Position numbers and translations under genes: made by a program. 64,000 nt of DNA from the human T2T-CHM13v2.0 reference genome, Homo sapiens: the NCBI RefSeq assembly GCF_009914755.1, contig NC_060927.1; one strand, written 5' to 3'. This document shows positions 32,991-45,900 of the stretch, piece by piece (within the stretch, counting starts at the first letter, position 1; every line of letters starts with the position of its first letter). The notes under the pieces were generated by a model. The model did no database searches and was not told where the DNA came from. It was given only the letters and a program-made list of their open reading frames with translations.

Positions 32991-33417
32991 ACGCTGCAAA
33001 CCATCATTCTCAGCAAACTAACACAAGAACAGAAAACCAAACACCCCATGTTCTCACTCATAAGTGGGAGTTGAAAAATGAGAACATATGGGTACAGGGA
33101 GGGGAACATCCACTCTGGGGCCTGTCGGGGGTTGGGGGGCAAGGGGATGGATAGCATTAGGAGAAATACCTAATGTAGACAACGAGTTAATGGGTGCAGC
33201 AAACTACCATGGCACATGTATACCTACATAACAAACCTCCACATTCTCCACATGTATCCCAGAACTTAAAGTATATTAAAAAAAAAAAAAAAAAAGGAAC
33301 TGGTAACAAAGAAAATCTCAGAAAGTTTCTTACTCTTTTCAGTTAAGAGAAGGATGGAATATATGTAAATTTAAATTTATATAAACATTTTTCCTAACTA
33401 AAAAAAAAACTATGTAT

Positions 33418-34614
33418 GAATTTCAAACTTTTTTGCACCAAAAATTCGTACTCACTTGTTATAATGTATCTGAACAAGATCTAGTTTGAGGCACTAAAAA
33501 GGATAAGACATCAGCTTGAAAACAGCCCCTATCAGAGCAGCATGAATTGAAGCAAGAAAAAACATCAAATTTATGGTCAAGATTGGGTGGAAGAATGGTG
33601 AAATCAAGGATGCTTTACAAAAGTTTGATGGGGAAAATTCCCCCAAAGAAATCTGAAGTTTACAAATGGATAACTTGTTTGCAGAAGGGATGAGACAATG
33701 TTGAAGAGGAAGCCTGCAGTGGCAGACAATCCACATCGATTTTTGAGGAAAAGATTATTCTTCGGTGTGCCCTAATTGAAGAGGACCCACAATTAACAGC
33801 ACAAATAATATACAACACCATAGACATTTCAACTGGTTCTACTTACACATTTCTCACTGAAAAACTGAAGTTGAGCAAACTTTTCACCCGATGGGTGCAA
33901 AACTGTTGCACCCAGATGAGCTGCAGACAAGAGCAGGGCTTTCAATGGAAATTGTAAACAAGTGGGATCATATATTGAAACATTTCTTTGAAGAATTGTA
34001 ACAGGAGATCAAACATAGCTTTCTCAGTATGATTCTGGATCAAAGCAATAGTTACCAAGAGGTGCAAGTGGTCCAGTCAAATCAAAAGTAGACTGGTCAA
34101 GAGCCGAAGTCATAGCAGCAGCTTTTTGGGATGCTCAAGGTATTTTGCCTGTTGACTTTCTGGAGGGTGGAAGAGCAATAACATCCGCTTACTATAGGAG
34201 AAAGTGAAGCAAAGCTTTAGCATAAAAACACCTACGAAATCTTCACCAGAGAGTCCTTCTCCATCAGGACAATGTTCCTGCTCATTCCTCTCTTTAAATA
34301 AGGGCATTTTTCCAGGGATTTCGATGGGAAACTATCAGGTATCCATCTTACATTCCTGACCTGGCTCCTTCTGACATATTTTTGTTTTCTAATCGTGAAA
34401 AATCTGTAAATGGCACCCATTTTTCTTCAGTTAATAACGTAAAAAAGCCTGCATTTTCATGATTAAATTCCCAGAACCCTCAATTCTTTACAGATGGACT
34501 AAAGAGCCGGTATCATCACTTACCAAACTGTCTTTAACTTGATGGAGCTTACGTTGAAAAACAAAGTTTATATTTTTAAATTTTATCTTTTAATTCCATT
34601 TCCCATGAACTTTT
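33418..34614 (+). mobile_element. HSMAR2 mariner body with decayed transposase
   Basis: Degenerate mariner catalytic-motif codons: VTGD (~33998), HQDN (~34262), PDLAPSD (~34354); partial right TIR TTCCCATGAACTTTT, with the outermost bases apparently missing. Confidence 0.88.
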
Positions 34615-35493
34615 ATTCTTTTAAAAACAAACCCAAGTATTTTAATTCTACTTGCCTTTTTTACTTATTACACACTTCGGGAGATTTTTTGCCATATGGA
34701 ATCACCTCATCCCTTGTCACGATTGCATAATATTCCATAGTAGGAATGTTTCATGATTTATTTCTTCATTCCCCCACTGATTTCAATTTTCTGCAACTGC
34801 AAGCATTGTTCATAATTCTGTACTGTTTGTGAGCCTATATAGGAGTATCCGTGCACAAACCTTTTTATGCATTGTGCGAGGGTTACTCTGAGATAGACAC
34901 CAAGGGAACTGCTGGGTCATAAATCCAATTTTTTCAAAGTAAATCCGCTTGCGAACCCGGAACCAAGTCGATTTTTCCCGCCCCGCCAGTTCCCTGTTCA
35001 GGAGAGTGCAGCCGTGATTGGCGCGTTCACTCAGGCCAGGGGCGCCCCAGGTCTCAGGTGCTAGGAGCGCGGTGACCTACCACCCTCCGGGCACGCGTTC
35101 TGGCCACGCCTCGCGGCCCCTTTCATTGAAAGAGCCCGTAGGGATCACGTGAAAGAACACTGCAGAGTGAGTGACGTCACGACGCTCACACCAATGGGAG
35201 CCTCTGTTTATGTCGGGAGCCATCAAATAGTCATCTTCCCCCTACCATCCCCCGCCCACTCTCCGTCGCGCTGCGCTGCGTCGCTTTCAGCCTCTGGTGA
35301 AGGGCGGCGCGCTTAGGCAGGCGGTGGCGCGGCTGGAGTGCCGCGGGGAGGGCTGTGCCGGTTGCTTTCTGCAGCCGCATCTCGGCCAGCTCTCCTCGCC
35401 GTCCCCGGGGCGCTGTGCGTCTCCAGTCCGGGACCGAAGCCGCCTGCCGTAGCGGGCGGCCAGATCCGCGTCCCGCCTCAGCGGCCGGAGGAC

Positions 35494-35511
35494 ATGCGGG
35501 AGAGAGAATGA
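35494..35511 (+). other. uORF M-R-E-R-E-stop overlapping the main start codon
   Basis: ATG CGG GAG AGA GAA TGA; the TGA (35509-35511) overlaps the main ATG (35508-35510). Confidence 0.75.
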
Positions 35512-35548
35512 GCCAGAGGGACACGCTGGTGCATCTGTTTGCCGGAGG
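35508..35548 (+). CDS. SLC25A36: SLC25A36 coding exon 1 (MSQRDTLVHLFAG-G)
   Basis: ATG at 35508 inside the CpG island; translation matches the SLC25A36 N-terminus as I recall it; donor GG|GTAAGG at 35549; 41 nt, phase 2. Confidence 0.96.
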
Positions 35549-38458
35549 GTAAGGTCCTGGCGGGGCGTGCGCACTGGGGCTGAGGGTGCTGGGGCCGAAG
35601 ACGCAGGCGAGGGGGGCGAGGGGGGCCGAGGGGGGTGGGGGGGTGGGGGGGCGGGAGTGAGGCCTGGGCGGGGAGCTGCCACGGGCCTGCGGGTGAGGGG
35701 AGCGACCCAGCCCGTGGGTGGTGAGGGGGGCTCCGGTTCGGGGAAGCAAGGGGGTGAGGCCCGGGCCCGAGGGCGAGAGAGTGAGGCCCGGGCAAAGAGG
35801 GTTGAGGCATGAAACCCGGGCCGGGAGTGAGGTTTTGGGCCCGCGGGGCCGGGGTGAGGCGGAGGCCGAATCCATGCGTCTGAGGAGACGCGGGCAAGAG
35901 CTGGGGTCGGCGCTTGATTACCCGGACGCCGCTGGACCTGGCCGCACGCCGCAATCTAGCAGGCGTCGGGGATCCAGGGCCGCTTTGAGGAGCCTGGCTT
36001 CGGATTTCGCGTAGGTTGCATGGCCCAAGGGGACGGGGCGGAAAGTGCGGAGGCTGAGGACAAAATGGGCGCCGGAGACTCCTTTAGCCCTCGCTCCTTG
36101 CAGCGCTCGCTTGGGCCTCTGCACGTCACTCACGCCCCACCTCGGACCTCGGGCCGCTCATTTCCGGGCTCGGCTTTGCAAGGTGGGTGGTAAGGGGGCT
36201 ACGGGATCGAGCGGGGAAGGCTTTGGTATTCTCCCGTGGTTGCTGTAGGGTGTTTCTAGCCCTTGGAAAATTTCTTGCCCGAGGTTTTCCAGGTGGTGAA
36301 TGGGGTGCAAAGCTTTCCAGTACCTTTGGGGTCAGATTCCTTTCGAGAAAACCACCCCTCTTGAACACCGCTTGCTTTTCTGCTGCTTAGGAGAAAGTAG
36401 GAGTGGAGAGAGGTCAGATTTTTTGAAGATAGTGTTAATAGTTACTATGTGTGTGCAAGATTAGGACTAAGCCTAAAGTCTTAGTTCCCTGATTGCCAAA
36501 ATGAGTGTTAGAGCTTCCAGTTTAGCCTCCTGTTTAGATTTGCTCCTTCTAAATCATTTGGAGAATCATAGCAATTTTAAGAGTTACTTATTTGGAGGAT
36601 TATAAAGAGTTTTCTTATCAAAAATGCCTTCGGTGAATTATGCTGAGACTCTTACCGGCATCTTCTTAAATCCTGCAGTTTTTAGATCGACTTTTAAGAA
36701 TATGAAAGAAATACACACGCAGTTCTATTCACGGTGCCTTGCTTTGAGTTGGACATATGGACTCTATTGAGCCAGTGATGGCAATACTTTCTTTAGGTTG
36801 GCACACTTTCATCAACAAATATTTGTTGTACACCAATTATGGGCCGGCCACTGTTCTGGCATAAAAACAATATTTTTCTATTGATCTGTGAGACCCAGTT
36901 TAGGCAGTTTGCTTTCCATATTTCTGAAATGTTTACTGCCAATAATCAGGCAAATTAAATCTTTTTAAAAAAATTCTGTAGCTATGTAGATGCTCTTGAA
37001 AAGATCTCATGCAAATAATTGAGCTCCCTCTTGTAATTAGATCTATAACCCTGAAGTGAGGAGACCGCAGATGTAGTCTAGCACTATTTTAATTTGGGTG
37101 AAAAATGGACACTTTTATTTCAATTGCTTCATCTATAAAATTAGGAGGTTGTATTATATGATCTCTAAAGCCCTTCTCTAGCTCCTAACATTTCTATTAT
37201 TCTGCGTTCAGGATTCATGTATCAAGTTTAGTTAAAAATGGGGCATACTTATATTTGAAATAAATGTTAGCTTGATTGCACTAATTTCCCACTTTGGATT
37301 AGGATCATCATTTTGTTATAAAAACATGTAAATATAGGTTTTCTGGTTTAAGAACAGGAATGGGAGGTGTTTGTAGCATCTAAACACACAGATTAGGAGC
37401 TCCATCCCCTCCCCCCCAGTCTAGCATATGTAGTTAGAGTATTAAATGAGATATGGTATGTAGGATTTGATACAAGATAGGTGCTCAGCCGTATAATTTC
37501 TCTTCCTTTGCATCTCATCTTGATTTTATTTTTATATGTGGTTACATAAGTGAGTTCAGTAAAACACACCTTATCTTTTTAAAGGAAGCCCAGTATATTT
37601 TAAAAGAACCAAGAGTAACCTTTCACAGAGTATTTAATCTTAGGCAAGGGTTTTCCGAATATGGAGCCTTTAAGTTGTTTTTCTGATAAGTAGAATTGTA
37701 ATATTCAAATATGTTTATCGGAATCCCACATTTCTAATAGCCTAGTAGCTGTATTGTTAAACACCAGCACTGGACCTTGGTTCTGGGTGAAATACTCACA
37801 TGCATAACTCGTGCTTTCTTTAAGACACCCTTTGATCCCATTATGCTTTTGCCAGAGTTAATATTCAGAGTTTGTAAGGTCAGTAGTTAGGTTAATTGAG
37901 TTAAGGAACGATATCATGACAGCCTGTAAAAAAGGTGTAAATGTGATTTAATTTTAGCTGTACCTCTAATGTATGTATATAGAGATGAAAGCACTATTAA
38001 ATGTATTTTTAAAGACTGATAGAATTGTACATTGTCTAGTTATTGTATCAGCTGCATATATCTACAGAGGCAGCTCATTTTTTTTCTATTTGAGGGAGAT
38101 ATTGTCTCAAATAGGAGCTATATACCTTAAGATTTTAAGTGGATGAAGTATTTTCTTTGCAGCTCTTATGACAGATAATTTAATATATGTAGTGAGTAAA
38201 ATCAAAGATGATCTAAGAACTGTCTATTTTTATATCCTGGAGCTCATTCATTTGCTCAATCATTATTATTTATTCAGTAGGAAATTCCCATTTGGGTATA
38301 ATGAACGATATTTGTTAAATTATTTCACCTGTTTGCTTGAAGATCAGGGCAGAAGTAGAATACTTAAAAGTATAATTAATGTGATTTATTTCCGCTTCAC
38401 TCTGACCATATTTTTATTAGTCTCATTTCCTTAATTTTTACTACCTCTCCTTTTCCTC

Positions 38459-38805
38459 TGTCTTGCTCTGTTTAAGCTGCTATTACAAAATACCAAAAAC
38501 TGGTGGCTTATAAATAACAAATATTTCTAACAGTCCTGAAGGCTGGGAAGTTCAAAATTAAAGCAGTAACAGGTTTTTTGATGATGGTCTACTTCCTCAT
38601 AGAAGATACTCTCTTGCTGTATCCTCACGTAGTAGGAGAGGCTAGCCAAGATCTCTGGTGTCTTATAAAGGTACTAATCCCAAATGTCAGGGCTACAATC
38701 TCATGACCTAATCACCTTGAAAGCGTCTACCTCCTAATACTATCACCTTGGGATGTGAGTAGGATTTCATCTTACTAGTTTTGGGGGAGACAAACATTCA
38801 GACAT
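38459..38805 (-). mobile_element. MaLR LTR (MST/MLT1A-like)
   Basis: GCTGCTATTACAAAATACCA...GGCTGGGAAGTTCAA...CTCATGACCTAATCACCT...AAACATTCAGAC. Confidence 0.78.
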
Positions 38806-38989
38806 CCTCCTTCCCTTTTTTTCCTTCTAAAAATGCATTCCGTTCTTCTTACTAATAGACTGCAAAACTAAGGGAAGTTTCTTATCCTGTTGGAGAATAT
38901 TCTCAAATCATTTTTCTATAAATGAATTACTGTAGCACAGCAGCTACCATTTTTCTGCAAATGGATTAGTGTAGCACAACATTGTGGGT

Positions 38990-39560
38990 CAGGGATTCTC
39001 CTTCTTGAGACCCTTGTTGTGGTCTGAGAGTTTAAAACTATTTTCATAAAAATACATTATTGGCACAAATTTGTTGACATTTGTCCTGATGGTGCAAAAG
39101 CAATGATGGGTAAAACTGCTGATGCCTTAGCATGCATGAAGGCAGTGGCACCAGACTGTAGTCATCGTATTCACCTCCAGGTACTTGCAATTAAAAAAAA
39201 AAAAAAAAGCCAGTTTAACCTAAGAATGCTCATGAAGGAGTAAAAATACTAATTTTATTAAATCACAACCTTTGAATACCTCTATATTTAATATTTTGTG
39301 TGACAAAATGGGAAATAGACATGAAGTAACTGTATGCCGAAGTGTGGTTCTGCGTTGTTTCAATTGCAGGCTACACTAGCTTCTTTTTTTCATGGAGTCA
39401 GCCATGGGTAAAAAAGTCATTCAGATTTTAAAATAGACCAGTGGATTTTAATATAACAGTATGAAAAGTTTACTGGTATAGTTCAGATTCTACATTTCAG
39501 CTAACCTTTAAGAACCTACCACTTGTCTGGTTGTAATATAGTATTGAAGAATATCGACAA
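38990..39560. mobile_element. hAT-Charlie DNA transposon fragment (Charlie1-like)
   Basis: GTTGACATTTGTCCTGATGGTGCAAAAGCAATGATGGGTAAAACTGCTG; TTCAGATTCTACATTTCAGCTAACCTTTAAGAA. Family recalled from memory. Confidence 0.6.
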
Positions 39561-39599
39561 CCGGACAGCAAGACAAGGGACTGTCTTGTCTAGTAATTG

Positions 39600-40770
39600 T
39601 TATCATTAACTAGAAGGCATTAAGTGCTGTGGGAAAAAAAATGGTGCACCTTAAAGGACTGTGGTAGGAGTGCACTCTAGTACTAAATCGAATGATGATG
39701 AATCTTACTGAGATGACATTTGAGTAAAGACTTGGAAGGGAGAGAATTAGCTATACAAAAGGAACTAGCCCCAGTAAGACCCTAGCCCTGGTAAGAGTGA
39801 GATAATGAAGCAGGTATGGCCAGAATGATAGAGCCTTCTTAAGCCTTTAAAGGACTTTGACCTTTTCTATTGAAATGGGAGGAGTCATAGAATTTTTAAA
39901 GGCTAATTGGTCTCTGCTAGACTATGCGTGGGACAGGGGCAGAAGTAGGGAGTTGATCAGGCTATTTCAATAATCCACTTGACTGATAATGGTGATTCAG
40001 ACTAGGTTGGAAGCAATGGACATTGTGAGAAGTGGTTGAATTCTAGTTAGACTTCGAAGGTAAAGATAATAAGATTTTTGACATATTGAATGCAGAGTGT
40101 AGAAGAAGAGCGAAGAATAACTCCAGGGTTTTTAGTTTGGGCACCTGGAAGGGTGGAATTGCTGTCAACTGAGATGGGCAAGATTGCAGATGGAACAGAG
40201 TTGGGGTGAGGGGAGATCAGAAGCTCCATTTTAGACATGGTAAGTTTGAGAAGTAGAGAGGTCAAGAAGCTGATTGTTTAAGTGATTGGATTACTAGCCT
40301 GGAGTCCAGGAAAGAGGATTGGACTAGGGATATATATTTAGTAGTCATTGGAACATAAGTGGTGCCATGAGCCTAGTTGAGATCACTAAGGGAGTGAATA
40401 TAGAGAAGAAGGGACCACGAGCTACCTACCCTCTGGGGACTTCAATAAAAGAGATCAAGAGAAGAGGAATGAGGAGAAGAGGAGGAACCAGCCAAGTACA
40501 CTTCATAGTGACCAAAAAAATACGGTATCCTGAAATCCAAATGGAGCAAATATACAAGATCTAGAAAGGAGTAAGTGATCAACTATCAAATGTTACTGTC
40601 ATTTAAGATGTCTGAAAGCTGTTAACCACTGAATTTAATTGAGGAACTTTGGTGACTTTTAGTAATTTCCAGGGCAGGGGAGTAAAAGTCTGGTTGGAGT
40701 AGGAGAGAAATTAGAGACAACAAATAGACAGTTTTAAGGTTTGCTGTAAAGGGTAGCAACGAAAGGGGGA
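39600..40770. mobile_element. L2 LINE fragment
   Basis: Purine-rich L2-like GAATAACTCCAGGGTTTTTAGTTTGGGCACCTGG; CCATTTTAGACATGGTAAGTTTGAG. Confidence 0.65.
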
Positions 40771-41376
40771 AATTTACTTTTACTAAACCTGCCACATTCC
40801 CTCAGCCTATTTTGTTCCTATAATGGATTTTTTTTATTTCTCAGTCTCGTATCTTACTATTTTTCCTTAAAATAGTAAGCACTTTGAAGCTCCCAACAAA
40901 GGCCTTTTTCTTTCTTACAAGACCTATTTGCACAGAGATTTTAGTTTTTGTTTGTTTAAACCAGTCTTGGTTACACTGTGCCTAGCTTTACGAAAACCAA
41001 AAAACACTCTAAATAGTAAAGACTCTACAACTGCATCTTGGGCTGTATGATACGGCTTGCTTCCATGTTTATCTAAGTTGGCTAAAATTTTCTGTATTAC
41101 TAGTCTTGATTTTGCTTTATCATCCACAATAAGAATAACGTGTTAATTTTTTCCTGCATCAGAAACACTTCCTATACTTAAAAAAATGCTGTGTTATTCT
41201 CAAGCACGCATTGCTGACTTTTCCTAAGTTGGTCTATCAGGTATATAGATGTCCATCACCATTTCAAAAACTTGTATTGCTTCTTGTCTAAACACTAAAG
41301 CTTCAGAGAAAATAGTTATACAAGTGTACTACCAGAGAAACAATTTTTGGTAAGACTTCCTTAATGATTTGTATAG

Positions 41377-41774
<398 letters not shown>

Positions 41775-41792
41775 TAGTGATTGATATTTCTT

Positions 41793-41934
41793 TTTTTTTT
41801 CTTTTTTACAATTTTTAGTAGAGATGGGATTTCACTGCGTTAGCCAGGTTGGTCTCCATCTCCTGACCTCATGATCTGCCCACCTCGGCCTCCCAAAGTG
41901 CTGGGATTACAAGCGTGAGCCACCGTGCCCGGCC
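41793..41934 (-). mobile_element. Left-monomer-only Alu (Sc/Y-type) with a 17-bp TSD
   Basis: AGTGATTGATATTTCTT at 41776-41792 and 41935-41951. Confidence 0.9.
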
Positions 41935-44336
41935 AGTGATTGATATTTCTTAATGTAACTAATGCCCTAAGTAGAGTATCACTGTAGGCAGAAAAATAAA
42001 ATATTTTATCCTTTTCATCTTGCTTTATAAAGCTAAACACTGCTTAAAGTTAATAAAATGAATTCTGAAGTACCTTTTTAAATAATATGCACATACAAAT
42101 ATTGTTGACCTCATCAGAAAATATTTTGTTCATCTATCTGTTACCTTGCCTGTTAAAAACAAGTTTCCTGATCCATACACGCTCAAGAGGTTAATATTGA
42201 GGACATATATCTAACAGTGCCTTGGATTTTTTCCAGTCCTTTTAAAGCTGGGGGAGCCAGATCTAGTGGTTCAGCAGCTTAGGACTATCCAGTCAATGGG
42301 GTTTTATGTCTATGTACCTGTCTTAGGGATTCATGACTGGGTATGATGGCTGAAATTCATCTGCTATTCATATTCACTTAGTGAACAATTTCTCTTTCTC
42401 CTTTCTCTCCCATCTCCCCACCCTCAACTTTTGATTCCCGTGCTTCAATAACTAGTGTGGGAGAGCACTTTGAGGCTCCCAACAGAGGCCTTGCTCTTTC
42501 TTACAAAACTTGTTTGCACAGGGTTGTTTTATTTGTTTTGTTTTTTAAACCAGTTTTGGTTACACTGTGCCTAGCTTCAAAAACAAAAAAACACTATCTT
42601 TTTGCCACTTCTTTACTCAAGAGGTCCATAAAGGCCCTTAAGGTAGCTAGACCCCCTGGCATGCTAGAATTTTTATCTTCATTATATGCACTAAGTAGAA
42701 GCAACATTTGAAAGTTCTTAGACAGTTAAACTCTAAAAAGTTTGGCTTTATTAGCATCTGCAGTATTACCATAGGCTAGAGATGTGTCCACATTCCAGTA
42801 AATTACCGAGATGACTTGATAAACTTACTGTACAATTTGGCAAACATCATTAAAATAGTTTTAAATGTCTTATAAAATGCTTTAGTGATACCATATTAAA
42901 CAATTTTAAATATTCTATAAGATCAATACATAGCTATGTGATTATTTGACTCACCAAGCGATCTTGGCCTTCTCGTATCTTTTAAGATATAGGACATTTG
43001 CCTATAAAACTTTAAATGAGTGTCAATCTAGGTGGTTTCACTACGAACATAAAGAACATGTAGTTATTTCTAATCTGGGTATACCAGGGGTATAGTGACA
43101 TTTAACAGTGTTGTTAGATTCGTAACCAAGAAACTCTCCTTTCTGAATTTTTGATGTTACAAAGTAATGAACTTACACCCTTCTGTTACAGACTTGGCTA
43201 TTCTGTCTTTGGAATTCTTTGCCAATCAAGAAAGCACACAGAACAAACCAGTGACTGTTTTATAGAAATAACTTTGAATTGTAACTTTTTAAAAATAGTA
43301 AAGCATCCAACCTTGAACTATGTTATTTAATAGCAAATTACATTAGCCACACCTTGCAACTGATGTCATCCACATCACTGGATCAGAGGGAAGTAAGACC
43401 AGTAATGAGTGCCTGCTTCTACTCCACCATTTTTTTCTCTTGCTTTTTCTTGGTTTTCAAATTAATATATTATACATCATCTTTCTGTTCTGGTAGATGA
43501 GGATTTAGTTATATTGTACCACTCTCTTGTTTCCTTTTTCTTTACATCCTCTCAATATATAATTTGATAACAGTTTTTGTTAAAAATCAAAAGTCAGTGC
43601 TTACCTTATTGTGACAATACAAATATTGTTCACTGCAGAGCTAAGTTTAAGTTGTCTATTATGTTGACCTTTCCTTTCTTGAATAACTTCATTCCTCCCC
43701 GCCCCCACCCCCCACTGCCCCTGAAGTTAATAATTGCCTCCATTAAAAAACTTTTGCTTAGTTATGTGAGTACTCATACTTGAACATTTGTTTTCATATG
43801 GTCAGCTGTGTTCATCTGTCAGTCTTTTTTCCTGGAGACTTTTGTCCCACTGAATTCTGTCATCCTAATCCTATCTTGATTGGTTTTTTTTCAGGTCTGC
43901 CATTTCACTATCATCTTGGGACTTCTGTCTTGGGTTATTCTGTTCCTGCATTTGGTTCCCTCCCTACCACCATCTTCTTTTAGTTTACTTTCTTAATTTG
44001 TGGAATACATTTTTTAGTTAGCTATGTAAGAAAAGGGTATACAGTAGGCAATTTCTTGAATACTTCTTTGTCCCAGATGTATAGTTTGGTTTGGTATAGA
44101 ATTTTAGGATAAGTAATCTGCAGTTGTCGAGAAGTATGATGCTAATCTGGTCACTTTTCCTCTATTATGTGACCTTTTTTCTTTCTGGAAGTTGAAGTCC
44201 TTGAAAGATTGCAGTAGCGCATCTTGGTGTGGATTGTTTTTGCATCCTTTGTTCCTGCTAAACCTAAGTTCAGAAATGTTGAGTTTGTATTCTTCAGAGA
44301 ATTAACCTTCTGCCTAGGAATGTAGTTTTATCCAGC

Positions 44337-44396
44337 GTGTGTGTGTGTGTCTCTGTGTGTGTCTGTGTGTCTGTGTGTGTGTGTGTGTGTGTGTGT
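44337..44396. repeat. Interrupted (TG)n microsatellite
   Basis: Seen directly. Confidence 0.92.
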
Positions 44397-44932
44397 AAGG
44401 CATAGAGCAACACTGGGCATCCTACCTTTGTCATACAGACTGTGACAGCAGCCAGTCCTGTTTTCAGTTCTTTGCCTTAATTCCCTCTTGAATACTTGGT
44501 GCCCTAATCATTAGGCCTCCTAGGGATTCTGCAGGGAAAAACTGCTGCTTTTTGGTATTTCCCTCTGCAAGCCTTTCTTCCTCTTTACTAAGTTGTCTTT
44601 CCCATTTGCCTCATTGGTTGAAAACTTGCAGCTGCCGATTTCTCTGGGCCTCTCTGTTCTTCTGGCATATTCCTTTAGACAGTGAGATTTTTGACATGGA
44701 GAAAAGATAAATCTAATGTAGTTCATCCCAACTTTATTGAAGCAATAGTTTTGTTCTCTACATCAATTCTGATTTCAGTGTGCATAATAATTATTTTTAA
44801 ATTGCAGCAAGAGAAATACCAGAGTGTCACCCCTATACTACACATCTGTTGCATTCTATAATGTAAAACTGCTTCAGGACAACCTAAGTGCTTGTGCATA
44901 TACCCACTTATGCCACCCCCACCTCTGTACGA

Positions 44933-45900
<968 letters not shown>

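Larger units (their letters stand above)
34940..36250. promoter_or_regulatory. SLC25A36: CpG island / SLC25A36 promoter, exon 1 and 5' end of intron 1
   Basis: Abrupt rise in GC and CpG content. ATTGG 35016-35020, E-box TCACGTGA 35145-35152, CRE TGACGTCA 35172-35179, CCAAT 35191-35195, GC box 35250-35257; no TATA box seen. The exact TSS cannot be read from sequence. Confidence 0.92.

Noticed and set aside
33542-34560. Domesticated mariner transposase gene
   Set aside because: Catalytic motifs are degenerate and no long + strand ORF remains.
35231-35954. Antisense ORFs of 131-214 aa over the promoter
   Set aside because: P/R/A/G-rich products expected in a CpG island, with no recognisable domain.
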